Translations under genes and position numbers: made by a program
NCBI GenBank assembly: GCA_026982895.1
Contig: JALWQW010000016.1
Location: 1-54,282 of the forward strand
Length of the DNA: 54,282 nt
Source: Candidatus Micrarchaeota archaeon
GTDB lineage: Archaea; Micrarchaeota; Micrarchaeia; Anstonellales; J096
Direction of reading: 5' to 3'
Shown: one piece after another, positions 1 through 8,850 of the stretch
Position numbering within the stretch: the stretch's first letter is position 1
Layout: each line of letters opens with the position of its first letter
Notes under the pieces: model-generated
What the model was told of the DNA's origin: nothing
The model's database searches: none
What the model saw: only the letters and a program-made list of their open reading frames with translations

Positions 1-207
1 CTAACCAACCTGCCAAAAGGCAAATACACAATAGAGGTCCAATCCACCAATAAAATAAACGGCCTCTCCTTAGAGGTTGCCAGCAAGAACCAATTCCCGC
101 TTCCAATAAACGCTTACACCATAGGCGGCGCATTATTGGCATCGTTAATAATCGTAGGTAGTATTTACATTCTTATAAAGAGGATTAGAAAGCCGAAGGG
201 AGAATAA
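1..207 (+). CDS. 3' end of a membrane-anchored surface protein (partial, begins before window)
   Basis: Frame 1 open from base 1 to TAA at 205-207: ...LPINAYTIGGALLASLIIVGSIYILIKRIRKPKGE; C-terminal hydrophobic helix plus basic tail. Confidence 0.8.
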   Translation, partial: LTNLPKGKYTIEVQSTNKINGLSLEVASKNQFPLPINAYTIGGALLASLIIVGSIYILIKRIRKPKGE

Positions 208-219
208 AAAAGAAAAAAA

Positions 220-1521
220 TTATCGCCTCATAAAGACGAAATAGGCAATGGCTCCTAAAACAGCAACCCCTACAATAATAGGTGTGTAAGGTGGATAAAG
301 CTGCTTAGTCGCCTTTATCTCGAGAGGCATATCCATAGCTCCATCTGCGAATAAGCTCTTGATTCCTATTGTTACATCCTGCTTATCTTGTTTATACAAC
401 ACGTTCATCCCACCATAACTTACATCAGCCACTTTATATCCTTCTGGAAGCTTCACAGTGTATCTCATGCTTATATCGCTGCCATATTGTTTTAGATAAG
501 ATGATAATGAGCTTATCTGTTCTACACTCACATCCAAAACTGTTCCATTTTCAAAGTCTATTAATTTATCAATCCTATTTAGCTCGAACCCCTTTTTGTT
601 ATTTCCTAGATAACTACTAAAACTGCTTCCACTAGATGATGTACTTAACTGACCTATAATATCGTCGAGCTTATCGTTTACCTCAAGTTCCTTTATGTAG
701 TATTTATATGTTGAATTTATTTTTGCCTTTCCTATTAGATAAATTGTGTCTTTATCTCTTGGACATGCTATTTCGCCATTCGTTATCGGGATAAGAGATA
801 TTTCAACATCTTCTTCTAGAGCATCTGCTGCTTCGGCACTGCTATTCCACCAGCCCCAACTTTCGCCGTCCTCTTCTTTATAACTAAGTGATTTTTCGTA
901 AGAGTAGAACATATCATTTGTACAACCATAAAGAACATATGTTCTTCCTGATGGCGCTACAGGACTGCATTTAATTTGCCCATCATTTACTTTAATGTTT
1001 GTGCATGGTTTATCCTCGTTAAAATAGCCACTTCTAATTTTGATGAAGTGTTCTTCTCCATACTTCTTTATAGCAAGTTCTCTTTCTTTCTTTAGTAGCT
1101 CTTCATTTGAAATCTTTGGAAGAGGTGATGGCACATATCTAATTTCTATATCCAATGTTTCTTCACCACTTATCCAGTCCGTATTTTTTTCGAATGTGTA
1201 ACCTTTATCCGTATCAAATTCAAGCGTCATATATCCATCTTTTGGTTCGCATTTAACATTTGAAGGTGCATAACCGCACATGGCCTCGTAAGTTATTTTA
1301 TTTATAATATCTGTCACAAGCTTATTTTCCTCATTTTCAGTATCATCTCTAGCACTATAATACGATTGGATAGCTTCGAGATTTATTCCCATACCGACAT
1401 CAGCGCTTACATGGCTCTTTCCATCCTCTGAAAAGCTCTGTTGCACATTATCTTTGAACTGCAGACAGCCACTAACCACTAATACTCCTAAGAGGAGCAA
1501 TACCAAAAATAACCGTTTCAT
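220..1521 (-). CDS. Putative lipoprotein with C-terminal membrane anchor
   Basis: Likely start MKRLFLVLLLLGVLVVSGC (lipobox-like SGC); C-terminal TM IIVGVAVLGAIAYFVF followed by MRR. Confidence 0.75.
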   Translation of the reverse strand: MKRLFLVLLLLGVLVVSGCLQFKDNVQQSFSEDGKSHVSADVGMGINLEAIQSYYSARDDTENEENKLVTDIINKITYEAMCGYAPSNVKCEPKDGYMTLEFDTDKGYTFEKNTDWISGEETLDIEIRYVPSPLPKISNEELLKKERELAIKKYGEEHFIKIRSGYFNEDKPCTNIKVNDGQIKCSPVAPSGRTYVLYGCTNDMFYSYEKSLSYKEEDGESWGWWNSSAEAADALEEDVEISLIPITNGEIACPRDKDTIYLIGKAKINSTYKYYIKELEVNDKLDDIIGQLSTSSSGSSFSSYLGNNKKGFELNRIDKLIDFENGTVLDVSVEQISSLSSYLKQYGSDISMRYTVKLPEGYKVADVSYGGMNVLYKQDKQDVTIGIKSLFADGAMDMPLEIKATKQLYPPYTPIIVGVAVLGAIAYFVFMRR

Positions 1522-1592
1522 AGCCTTATAATGCACCAAAAAACTTAATAACCTTCCAAAATCTTATAAAAATCTTTCTCTCATAATTATAC

Positions 1593-1973
1593 ATGGCAAC
1601 TTCCATCACTATTGGACAGTCTAAAAAAGGCAGTCGAAAGGCTAAGAAGGGTTTTGTCGCATATTTTTTTACATTTGTCGATATTACGAACCTAGAAAGC
1701 ATCCTCCGTTTTGTTGAAAGGGTGAAGAATGAATTCGCTCTTCACAAAGAATCAAAAGACAGCAAAGCGCTACAAAAGGACATAAAGGACTTTTTAGATA
1801 TCTCTGAGAAGATACTCCTATTATCCGATGAGCCCGTCGTCATATTAAAGACCCTACAACTTTTAGAATTCCTAAGAAAAAACAACATTTCTTCAAACAA
1901 ACTAGCAAAGGATGTAAATATGTTATGTGATAAATTTACAAATAAATTAAACAATCTTCTAATCAAGCAATAG
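1593..1973 (+). CDS. Hypothetical protein (126 aa, helical)
   Basis: ATG ~25 nt downstream of TTATAAAA; co-oriented with and directly upstream of trm1. Confidence 0.6.
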   Translation: MATSITIGQSKKGSRKAKKGFVAYFFTFVDITNLESILRFVERVKNEFALHKESKDSKALQKDIKDFLDISEKILLLSDEPVVILKTLQLLEFLRKNNISSNKLAKDVNMLCDKFTNKLNNLLIKQ

Positions 1974-1981
1974 GTGTTCAT

Positions 1982-3049
1982 GTGTTTAAACATGTGCTCA
2001 AAGAAGGCAGTGCTTCATTCGAGCCTTGCGAGGGCATATTTTACAACCCCTACATGCGTCTAAGCAGGTCATTGAGTGTATCCATACTCCGAGCTTACAA
2101 ACATCTAGTCAATAAAGATGAGCCTCTAACTCTATTAGATGCCTTTACAGCAACGGGCATAAGAGGCTTGCGTTATGCCGTAGAGGCTGACTACCAAGTC
2201 GATTTTTTGGATTTCAGCGCAAAGGCTGTGGAATGTGCTAGCAAAAATTTGTCCCTAAATTCTATAAAAGGCCAAGTCTTTGATGATGATTTTGTAGCTT
2301 TTTCAACCAATGAGGGTTTCAAGAGCAAATACGATGCTGTTGAATTAGACCCTTTTGGAAGCCCTGTTCCATTCCTTTGGCCAGCTCTATACATGCTCAG
2401 CTCAAAAAAACGAGCCATTCTTTCTTTTACAGCCACGGATGGCCCAGTTCTCTGCGGTGTTCAAGGCGACGCTGCTAAGAAGTATTATCAATCACATATA
2501 CCTCACAACAGCTTTTGCCATGAGACGGGTTTAAGGGTTTTAATGAAAAAAGCCGCGCTGACAGCAGCAGAATTTAACTTCGCCTTTAAACCCCTTGCAT
2601 CCTTTTATTATAGGCATCAGTGGAAGGTCATTGCTGAGCTTGAAAAGAGCCATGAGGGTGTTATGGAAACTCTTACTCACATCTCGACTGCAGAAGACCC
2701 CTTCACAAAAAAGCACTATGGCCCTATATGGACAGGCCCTCTATTCGATGAAGAGATCTTGGCTAAAGCAAGCAGCGACGATAAACAAGCTGAGAAATAC
2801 CTCAATTTGTTCAGGGAAGAATACTCATTAACATCCTCAATTCCTTATCATTACTCGCTTCCTGCAATCATCCATGGTTTCTCAATAAAAGGTAATATGC
2901 CTTCTTTATCATCTATTCTAAAAACAATAAAAGAGAAGGGTTATAGAGGAACTAAGACTCATTTCTCGCCGCAGGCATTAAGAACTAATATGCCTATATC
3001 AGATTTCGTTGAACTTTTAAGAGAACTTAGTATCGATAATGGCAGCTAA
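1982..3049 (+). CDS. trm1: tRNA (guanine26-N2)-dimethyltransferase Trm1
   Basis: IFYNPYMRLSRSLS, LLDAFTATGIRGLRYAVE (SAM motif), ELDPFGSP, GPIWTGPL and THFSPQALRTN are Trm1 motifs; Zn-finger segment appears reduced. Confidence 0.92.
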   Translation: MFKHVLKEGSASFEPCEGIFYNPYMRLSRSLSVSILRAYKHLVNKDEPLTLLDAFTATGIRGLRYAVEADYQVDFLDFSAKAVECASKNLSLNSIKGQVFDDDFVAFSTNEGFKSKYDAVELDPFGSPVPFLWPALYMLSSKKRAILSFTATDGPVLCGVQGDAAKKYYQSHIPHNSFCHETGLRVLMKKAALTAAEFNFAFKPLASFYYRHQWKVIAELEKSHEGVMETLTHISTAEDPFTKKHYGPIWTGPLFDEEILAKASSDDKQAEKYLNLFREEYSLTSSIPYHYSLPAIIHGFSIKGNMPSLSSILKTIKEKGYRGTKTHFSPQALRTNMPISDFVELLRELSIDNGS

Positions 3050-3091
3050 TTACATAAAAAACACAATGCTGCCTTTCTTTCAGTGGCCAAA

Positions 3092-3322
3092 TTAGACAAC
3101 AATAGCTGTTGCGAATTTTCTGCCAACGGTTTGAACTTCGATGTTGACTTCCTTGCCAACCTCGAGCCCTTCGCCCTTGACAAAAATGACATAGCCGTCA
3201 ATCTTGGCTACGCCGTCGCCTCTTTGGCCCATGCTCTCAATCTTTACAGAGAGCTTCTGCCCTTTATCTACGGGCTTTTTAAAGAAAGGCCTTCTGCCTT
3301 CATTGTTTACTTCATCTGTCAT
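3092..3322 (-). CDS. Single TRAM-domain RNA-binding protein
   Basis: KPVDKGQKLSVKIESMGQRGDGVAKIDGYVIFV...GKEVNIEV matches archaeal TRAM proteins. Confidence 0.9.
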   Translation of the reverse strand: MTDEVNNEGRRPFFKKPVDKGQKLSVKIESMGQRGDGVAKIDGYVIFVKGEGLEVGKEVNIEVQTVGRKFATAIVV

Positions 3323-3390
3323 AACAACACCTTACTAAAACTGTGCTTTTATTGAAGCATAGGAAAGCTTATAAAGCGACCTCTTTACGG

Positions 3391-5151
3391 TTATTTTTTC
3401 GGCTGCTGGACCACTGCTTTTTCTGCGCTTTTCTTTTTCTTCTTCTTTTTGACGCCGCACATTACATCGAATAAAGGCTCCATAATCGGCGTCGGCCAAA
3501 GCATCATAACGACCAAGGCAAAGTATTTTATAACTCCGCTTTGTACCTTATAGAGGAATCCGTTTCTTCTTTTTATCTCCTTAAGCAGCGGCGAAAATTG
3601 CTCTCTTTCCTCTGGCCCTATCTTACTTTCAACATACTTAACATGCTTTTTGCCGTCAATCCATGTTACTTCCTCTTGCTTACCTATCTGCTTGTTTGCC
3701 TGCCCATACCATGGTGGCAATGAACTCTTCTTATGCCATATTGCCTTTATGTAATCGCCTGTGTTTATAGGTCTTTTATGCCCTTTAAGTTGAGCTTCTC
3801 TCCACGGGTATGTCGCAGCATCGTCACATATTGCCTTTAAATCTGCTGCTGAATAGCCTGTTGTAGCCAATGCGAGGCGTGTCCATGCTATGAATCTTGA
3901 TATATACCTCTTTTTTGAGTGAATCTTGAAAATCTCACGACGAGAACAGAAATCCGGCTCAGGTATATAAATGGATTTTGTGAAACGACCACTACGCCTC
4001 AATGCAGGATCGACATCCCACGGCGCGTTTGTAGCAGCCAAAACAAGAACATTTTGGTTGTTGGCTTCAACGCCGTCCATTTCATAGAGAAGCTGGTTGA
4101 CTGCCATGCGCATAGCCTGGCTTTGCTGTCCTTCACCTCTCCTTCCACCTATGGCATCGACTTCGTCGAAGAATATAATCGCCGGCGAATTCTTCCTAGC
4201 TAATTCGAAAACCTTATGTATATTCTTTTCAGTATTACCAACATACATGTCGAGCAAATCACTCAATTTGGCATTTATAAACGCACAGCCGATTTCGCCA
4301 GCAGCGGCTTTAACAATGTAAGTCTTACCACAACCTGGCGGCCCATATAATAAGACGCCACCACCACCGAATTTACCATACTCTCTAGCTAAATCGGGGT
4401 TTTGAAGAGGATAAATAATCGATTCTCTGATAACCTCTTTAACCTTTGTCATTCCCGCCACATCATCGAAGGTCGATGTCGGCCTCTCAACCATTTTAAT
4501 GTCACTCTTTCCTTCCTTGCCATCTCCACCTTCTCCGCCGCTTTGCTCCTTCTTTGCCTTTGCAGCATCTAGGTGGGCTTTCGCTTCAATTAAATCAGGT
4601 TTCAACTCCAGTGCTTTTTGATAATCCTCAATGGCGCCGTCTAAATCATCGTTGTATTCTTTTGCCAAACCTCTTAAATGGTAGGCTTCTGCAAAATCGG
4701 GCTTCAACTCTATGACCTTTGAGAAATCTTCGACAGCTTTGTCGTACTGTTCGAGAGATGCATAACATAAACCCCTATTGTAGTACGCCTTCATGTAATT
4801 GGGATTGAGCATGACAGCCTTATCGTAATCTTTAATGGCCTTTACGAAGTCTCCTTTTCTATAATATACATCCCCTCTGTTATTGTATATTATCGGGTTT
4901 TTAGGGTCTAATTCCAAGGTTTTTGTGTAGTCTGCTATTGCCTTATCGTATTCCTTTAATTTGTAGTATGCGAGGGCTCTTCCAAAATATGCTTCTGAGA
5001 AGAGCGGATTGAGGAGCACAGCCATATTGTAATTCTCTATGCTCTTTTCATAATCTCTGTTATCGAAATATTCTTCTGCCAACTCATAATATCGCTTAGC
5101 ATCGGCGAGATTCCCACCGCCGGTTTTTTTTGGGCCTAAAATGCCGGGCAT
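3391..5151 (-). CDS. TPR-repeat-fused AAA+ ATPase (Cdc48/Vps4-like clade)
   Basis: About 5 canonical TPRs (AYFGRALAY, IYNNRGDVY, AYYNRGLCY, AYHLRGLAK); Walker A GPPGCGKT, Walker B IIFFDE, SRH ATNAPWDVDPALRRSGRF. Confidence 0.9.
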   Translation of the reverse strand: MPGILGPKKTGGGNLADAKRYYELAEEYFDNRDYEKSIENYNMAVLLNPLFSEAYFGRALAYYKLKEYDKAIADYTKTLELDPKNPIIYNNRGDVYYRKGDFVKAIKDYDKAVMLNPNYMKAYYNRGLCYASLEQYDKAVEDFSKVIELKPDFAEAYHLRGLAKEYNDDLDGAIEDYQKALELKPDLIEAKAHLDAAKAKKEQSGGEGGDGKEGKSDIKMVERPTSTFDDVAGMTKVKEVIRESIIYPLQNPDLAREYGKFGGGGVLLYGPPGCGKTYIVKAAAGEIGCAFINAKLSDLLDMYVGNTEKNIHKVFELARKNSPAIIFFDEVDAIGGRRGEGQQSQAMRMAVNQLLYEMDGVEANNQNVLVLAATNAPWDVDPALRRSGRFTKSIYIPEPDFCSRREIFKIHSKKRYISRFIAWTRLALATTGYSAADLKAICDDAATYPWREAQLKGHKRPINTGDYIKAIWHKKSSLPPWYGQANKQIGKQEEVTWIDGKKHVKYVESKIGPEEREQFSPLLKEIKRRNGFLYKVQSGVIKYFALVVMMLWPTPIMEPLFDVMCGVKKKKKKKSAEKAVVQQPKK

Positions 5152-5190
5152 CTCTCTCCCTTATAAAGGAAAGGTTTTTAATACTCCTCT

Positions 5191-6093
5191 CTAACTGTTG
5201 AGGCAGATAGCACCGCATTTGCTCTTTTTGTCAGCCCATAGCTTCCAATCACCATTATCGCCGACTACAGAACAGTTACCAATCACTACATTCAAGCTGC
5301 ACATCGTATGCTTCCCGACATTATTTTCGACTTCATCGCTGCCATTTAAGTTGTCAATACTGTAATTGACCCACTTCCAATCTCGTATGCAGCTGTTATT
5401 TACACATATTTCGTCAGCATCGACTTTGCCTACATTCGTAATATTTTCTCCACCAGCGTCGTTTCCACTGCTAAGCACTCCACCTAGTCCTTCGCCAGTG
5501 GCTCTCCAGCTGCTTATACATCCGTCGTTTAAACAGAGCTCTTTTCCAATCACATGTTCAGCTTCGATGCTATCTCCACTCACATTCTTTGCTCTTATGC
5601 TCTCTGCTTCCAATTTATTTACACCGAGTATGTTTTGTCCACTTGCGTTGTTATTCTCCACAAGGATTTGCCCCAAGCTCGTGCTTTCTGTATTCATCTT
5701 CTCACAGACGACACTGCCATTCCATGTAACGCTTCGTATGGCTTCTCCCTCTTTACACTCTCCTGCAATCCTTAACTGTATCTCGCCGCTCTTCACATCC
5801 GCTCTGCCTATGCTATGATTCTTTATCTCTTCGCTGCCGACACTCTCCTTCTTTATCTTCAAACTGTTAAAATAGCCTTCAACATCGCCGTTAAAGCTTG
5901 TATTCAGTGTTAAGAATCTACTTCTCTTCGCCTTTACAAAATCCGCATAAACTTTTTTGGCATGCACATCGTTGAAGTAAATGCTCCCATTCTTTATCTC
6001 AGCCTGTTTTTTCAATGCGTCTACATACTGGTCTCCAAGACATCCTGCCATCAGTAAAATTCCAACGGCAAGAAAAATAATCGCAACTTTCAT
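5191..6093 (-). CDS. Putative lipoprotein with fibre/adhesin-like Cys-rich repeats
   Basis: Lipobox LMAGC; repeated LGxxLxxxNxAxGxNI and ExCxNxxCIxxW motifs; Cys-rich C-terminus. Confidence 0.7.
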   Translation of the reverse strand: MKVAIIFLAVGILLMAGCLGDQYVDALKKQAEIKNGSIYFNDVHAKKVYADFVKAKRSRFLTLNTSFNGDVEGYFNSLKIKKESVGSEEIKNHSIGRADVKSGEIQLRIAGECKEGEAIRSVTWNGSVVCEKMNTESTSLGQILVENNNASGQNILGVNKLEAESIRAKNVSGDSIEAEHVIGKELCLNDGCISSWRATGEGLGGVLSSGNDAGGENITNVGKVDADEICVNNSCIRDWKWVNYSIDNLNGSDEVENNVGKHTMCSLNVVIGNCSVVGDNGDWKLWADKKSKCGAICLNS

Positions 6094-6123
6094 AGCCTGC
6101 TTTTGAGCTTAAAGGTTAAAAAA

Positions 6124-6894
6124 TCATAGGTAGAACGCGTACGCTCCATAACCCACAACATTATTCTTGTCGTACCATACATCTCCTGAATTCATGTATT
6201 GCAATAGTTTGGCTTTCCATCTAAGCCTCTTCGCTAAAAGCATGACACTCAATATGCCTATCTTTCCGCACGCCTCAACCCTCTCCCATACACAGCGCAC
6301 ATCCAATTTTGGTATGCATTCATTGGCGTTGCCATCTATTCGCTTTGCTATGTCGTAAGGGTAGTAATGGCTTAAATCAGAGCTCGCTATAATTAATTTG
6401 TTCTCCATCTCTCCCTCAATAACCTCCGCCAGCTCTTCTGGTTCCGCATCGCCGACTACTATAGGGTAAAGGGTCCTTCCCTTTAAGCCGTCTAAAGTGT
6501 GCTGTAAGAAGGGTATCTGCACCTCTATGCTATGCTCTTTGCTATGCGATATTTCGTATTGAAAAATATTATCTAACCTTCCTACCTTTACCTTTCCCAA
6601 CGGCGTTTCCCACTCATCGCTTTCAGGCGCTGCAAAACCGTCCAATGCCACATAATGAGAAGGCCCCAAAATAACAATATCTTTGAAATCCTTGGCGTGC
6701 TTTTTCACCACATTGTAAGCGGTTGCTGCTACTATGCCCGAGAATTGGTAACCTGCATGAGGCGCGACAATGGCCTTCAATTCTCCATCTATATCTTCAT
6801 TCAGGGCTTTGGAAAAAAGCTCTTCCAACATGCCTTCAAGCTGCTCTTTATTCCCTGGATAAAAAGCCCCTGCAACAGCTGGTTTCCTAAGCAT
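6124..6894 (-). CDS. amrB: MEMO1 family protein (AmmeMemoRadiSam system protein B)
   Basis: RKPAVAGAFYP, APHAGYQFSG, LGPSHY, EHSIEVQIPFLQ, ASSDLSHY, EACG, VVGYGA. Confidence 0.92.
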   Translation of the reverse strand: MLRKPAVAGAFYPGNKEQLEGMLEELFSKALNEDIDGELKAIVAPHAGYQFSGIVAATAYNVVKKHAKDFKDIVILGPSHYVALDGFAAPESDEWETPLGKVKVGRLDNIFQYEISHSKEHSIEVQIPFLQHTLDGLKGRTLYPIVVGDAEPEELAEVIEGEMENKLIIASSDLSHYYPYDIAKRIDGNANECIPKLDVRCVWERVEACGKIGILSVMLLAKRLRWKAKLLQYMNSGDVWYDKNNVVGYGAYAFYL

Positions 6895-7024
6895 ATTCTT
6901 AATTGGAATAATGCCTTTAAATGCCTTTTCATTTGGTGACTCTACATTTCGCTCTTTGTGGAATGAGCAGTCCTCTCTGCCACACTATTAACTTTATAAA
7001 CCCTTCTCCGCCTTTAAAGGAGCA

Positions 7025-7095
7025 GCGGCAGTAGTCTAGCGGTAGGACATGGGCCTTCCAAGCCTATGACCCGGGTTCGAATCCCGGCTGCCGCA
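7025..7095 (+). tRNA. tRNA-Gly (anticodon TCC), no intron, CCA not encoded
   Basis: Acceptor GCGGCAG/CTGCCGC-A, anticodon arm TGGGC-CT-TCC-AA-GCCTA, T-arm CCGGG-TTCGAAT-CCCGG; TTTATAAA at 6993-7000. Confidence 0.96.
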
Positions 7096-7107
7096 TATCG
7101 TGATATT

Positions 7108-7533
7108 ATGCTCGACAAAGAATTTTTCGAAGTTATTAAGATGCTCGACTGTGAAAAGGGCTTTGGTCATGCCGTGAAAAAGGGCTGCCTTCGCATCTTC
7201 TCCAAAGGCTTAATGACATACTCTATGATGGCTAAGGGCCTAAAGGATAGACGAGAAGAATCAAGAGGCCTTTGCGTGTATAACGGCAAGTTTACGAGGG
7301 CTTTTACCCATCTAGCCTCGAAGCTCAATTGTAAAAATCTTCCGACACTTGAACTGGATAGAGGGGCTTTGGAGGATTTTTTTGCCAAAGGCTCTATACC
7401 AAAACAAAATATTGGAAATGGCGTAGCCCCTTTAACTTTGGATGGCCGTGCCTATGTTTTTATAACCTTCCATTCTCACATCTACGCTTTGGCAGAGTTG
7501 AGCAATGGTATGATTAAGCTCGTAGAACATTGA
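7108..7533 (+). CDS. Hypothetical protein, possibly NIP7/PUA-like RNA-binding
   Basis: Start moved to ATG 7108 (after the tRNA); ESRGLCVY...LELDRGALEDFFAKGSI...YVFITF loosely resembles NIP7/pre-PUA proteins. Confidence 0.55.
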   Translation: MLDKEFFEVIKMLDCEKGFGHAVKKGCLRIFSKGLMTYSMMAKGLKDRREESRGLCVYNGKFTRAFTHLASKLNCKNLPTLELDRGALEDFFAKGSIPKQNIGNGVAPLTLDGRAYVFITFHSHIYALAELSNGMIKLVEH

Positions 7534-7543
7534 GGTAGATAAA

Positions 7544-8284
7544 ATGGACGAGAAAAAGGTGAATGAATGGCACTTCAAAGAGAGTCTTTCTGAAGACAAT
7601 ATCCCCAAACTCTTTTGGAGAGCTATACTTTCATTAAAGGAGAACGGCGAGCTTAATATACCACCTGCTTTGAAGGAACACATATCTTTAACGCCACATA
7701 TTCTCATATCTGCGGTTGAAAAAGGAACCTACCCCTCGCTTTTGGAAGTGTCAAAGACATCAGTAATTTATTATGGCCTATTATTCTATTGGAAAGTTGA
7801 TTGTGTTTCGTGTTTTGCTGAGGTGCTCAAATCCCTCTCATCAGAACCAGGCCTTGTAGCTGCTCTTCGCATGCTTATAAATAAAGAAGGTTCTATACCA
7901 TTTTTAAAATCCGTATTGGCAAAGGCGCCTCTCGAGTTTTTACAGGCGGCTGTGCTTCTGCCTATCGATGATTTGCGTCCATTCATAGATGAAATTTATA
8001 GAATAGCGAAGGAAGAGATAGGTGATAAACAGTATAAGGCGTTAAGCCTATTGGCGGATTTTATAGACGACGAGAAAGTAAAGCAGTTGTTTATGATGTT
8101 CTCAGATGATTGGGACCCGAAGGTTAGGCGCATATCCATTCGTGCTTTGAAGGCAGTCTCTTCTGACCCGCAAGTTGTATCATTGGCTAAGAGGCTTGTA
8201 AGAGATGAAGAGGATGCAATCAACAAGGCAATCCTCAAGCAGATAATCGATAAGGCCGAGAGTGAAGGAAGGAGTGAGTTATAA
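7544..8284 (+). CDS. HEAT-repeat-containing protein
   Basis: C-terminal DDWDPKVRRISIRALKAV and DEEDAINKAIL HEAT-like units; GAGGT SD upstream. Confidence 0.7.
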   Translation: MDEKKVNEWHFKESLSEDNIPKLFWRAILSLKENGELNIPPALKEHISLTPHILISAVEKGTYPSLLEVSKTSVIYYGLLFYWKVDCVSCFAEVLKSLSSEPGLVAALRMLINKEGSIPFLKSVLAKAPLEFLQAAVLLPIDDLRPFIDEIYRIAKEEIGDKQYKALSLLADFIDDEKVKQLFMMFSDDWDPKVRRISIRALKAVSSDPQVVSLAKRLVRDEEDAINKAILKQIIDKAESEGRSEL

Positions 8285-8293
8285 GGTGAGGCT

Positions 8294-8827
8294 ATGGCAG
8301 ATATCAACCGCGAAGTCGTCCGCGTGAATAGGGAGCGCGTTGCGCTCATAAGGAGAAAATACAAAAAGGATTTAGAAGATAAACTGGGCGTTAAACTTTT
8401 CCTGCATGATGAAACGGTAACTATTGAAGGTGATTCAGAACATGTGTTTTTTGCCCTTCCAGTAATAAAGGCAATAGCCCGAGGTTTTGGCATGGAAAAG
8501 GCCCTTCGCCTTAAAGAAGCAGAGAATGATTTATTTGTAATCAATCTTCGTGATTTTTGCAATACAGAAAACTGTGTATCTCGCTTAAAGGCGCGTGTTA
8601 TAGGCACAGAGGGGAAAATAAAAACAGCCATAGAAAATGCCACTGATTCGCATATAAGCGTATATGGCCATACTATTTCAATAATTGCGCCTTTATACAG
8701 CATGGGGAAGGCAAAAGAAGCTGTTCATATGCTTCTCCACGGTGCTAAACACAGCTCTCTTCTCAACTTCCTCAGTAGAGCTAAGGAAGAGCTATTTTTA
8801 ACAAAGCTCAAAGGGGATAGTTTTTAA
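8294..8827 (+). CDS. KH-domain rRNA-processing protein (Dim2/Pno1 family)
   Basis: IKAIARGF, RLKARVIGTEGKIK..IE..T...ISVYGHTISII, MLLHGAKHSS. Confidence 0.9.
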   Translation: MADINREVVRVNRERVALIRRKYKKDLEDKLGVKLFLHDETVTIEGDSEHVFFALPVIKAIARGFGMEKALRLKEAENDLFVINLRDFCNTENCVSRLKARVIGTEGKIKTAIENATDSHISVYGHTISIIAPLYSMGKAKEAVHMLLHGAKHSSLLNFLSRAKEELFLTKLKGDSF

Positions 8828-8850
8828 ACCTTACATTCTAAAAGGCAACC

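Noticed and set aside
7025-7095. tRNA as an integration site for a mobile element
   Set aside because: No duplicated tRNA 3' end or integrase seen in the window; flanking genes are housekeeping-like
7066-7107. N-terminal part of ORF 7066..7533
   Set aside because: Overlaps the tRNA-Gly T-arm and acceptor stem; ATG 7108 is the plausible start
7996-8703. 235-aa minus-strand ORF and the many other antisense/overlapping ORFs in the track (e.g. 13500-14066, 27641-28240, 42655-43185)
   Set aside because: They lie opposite well-supported genes and have atypical Ser/Phe-rich composition
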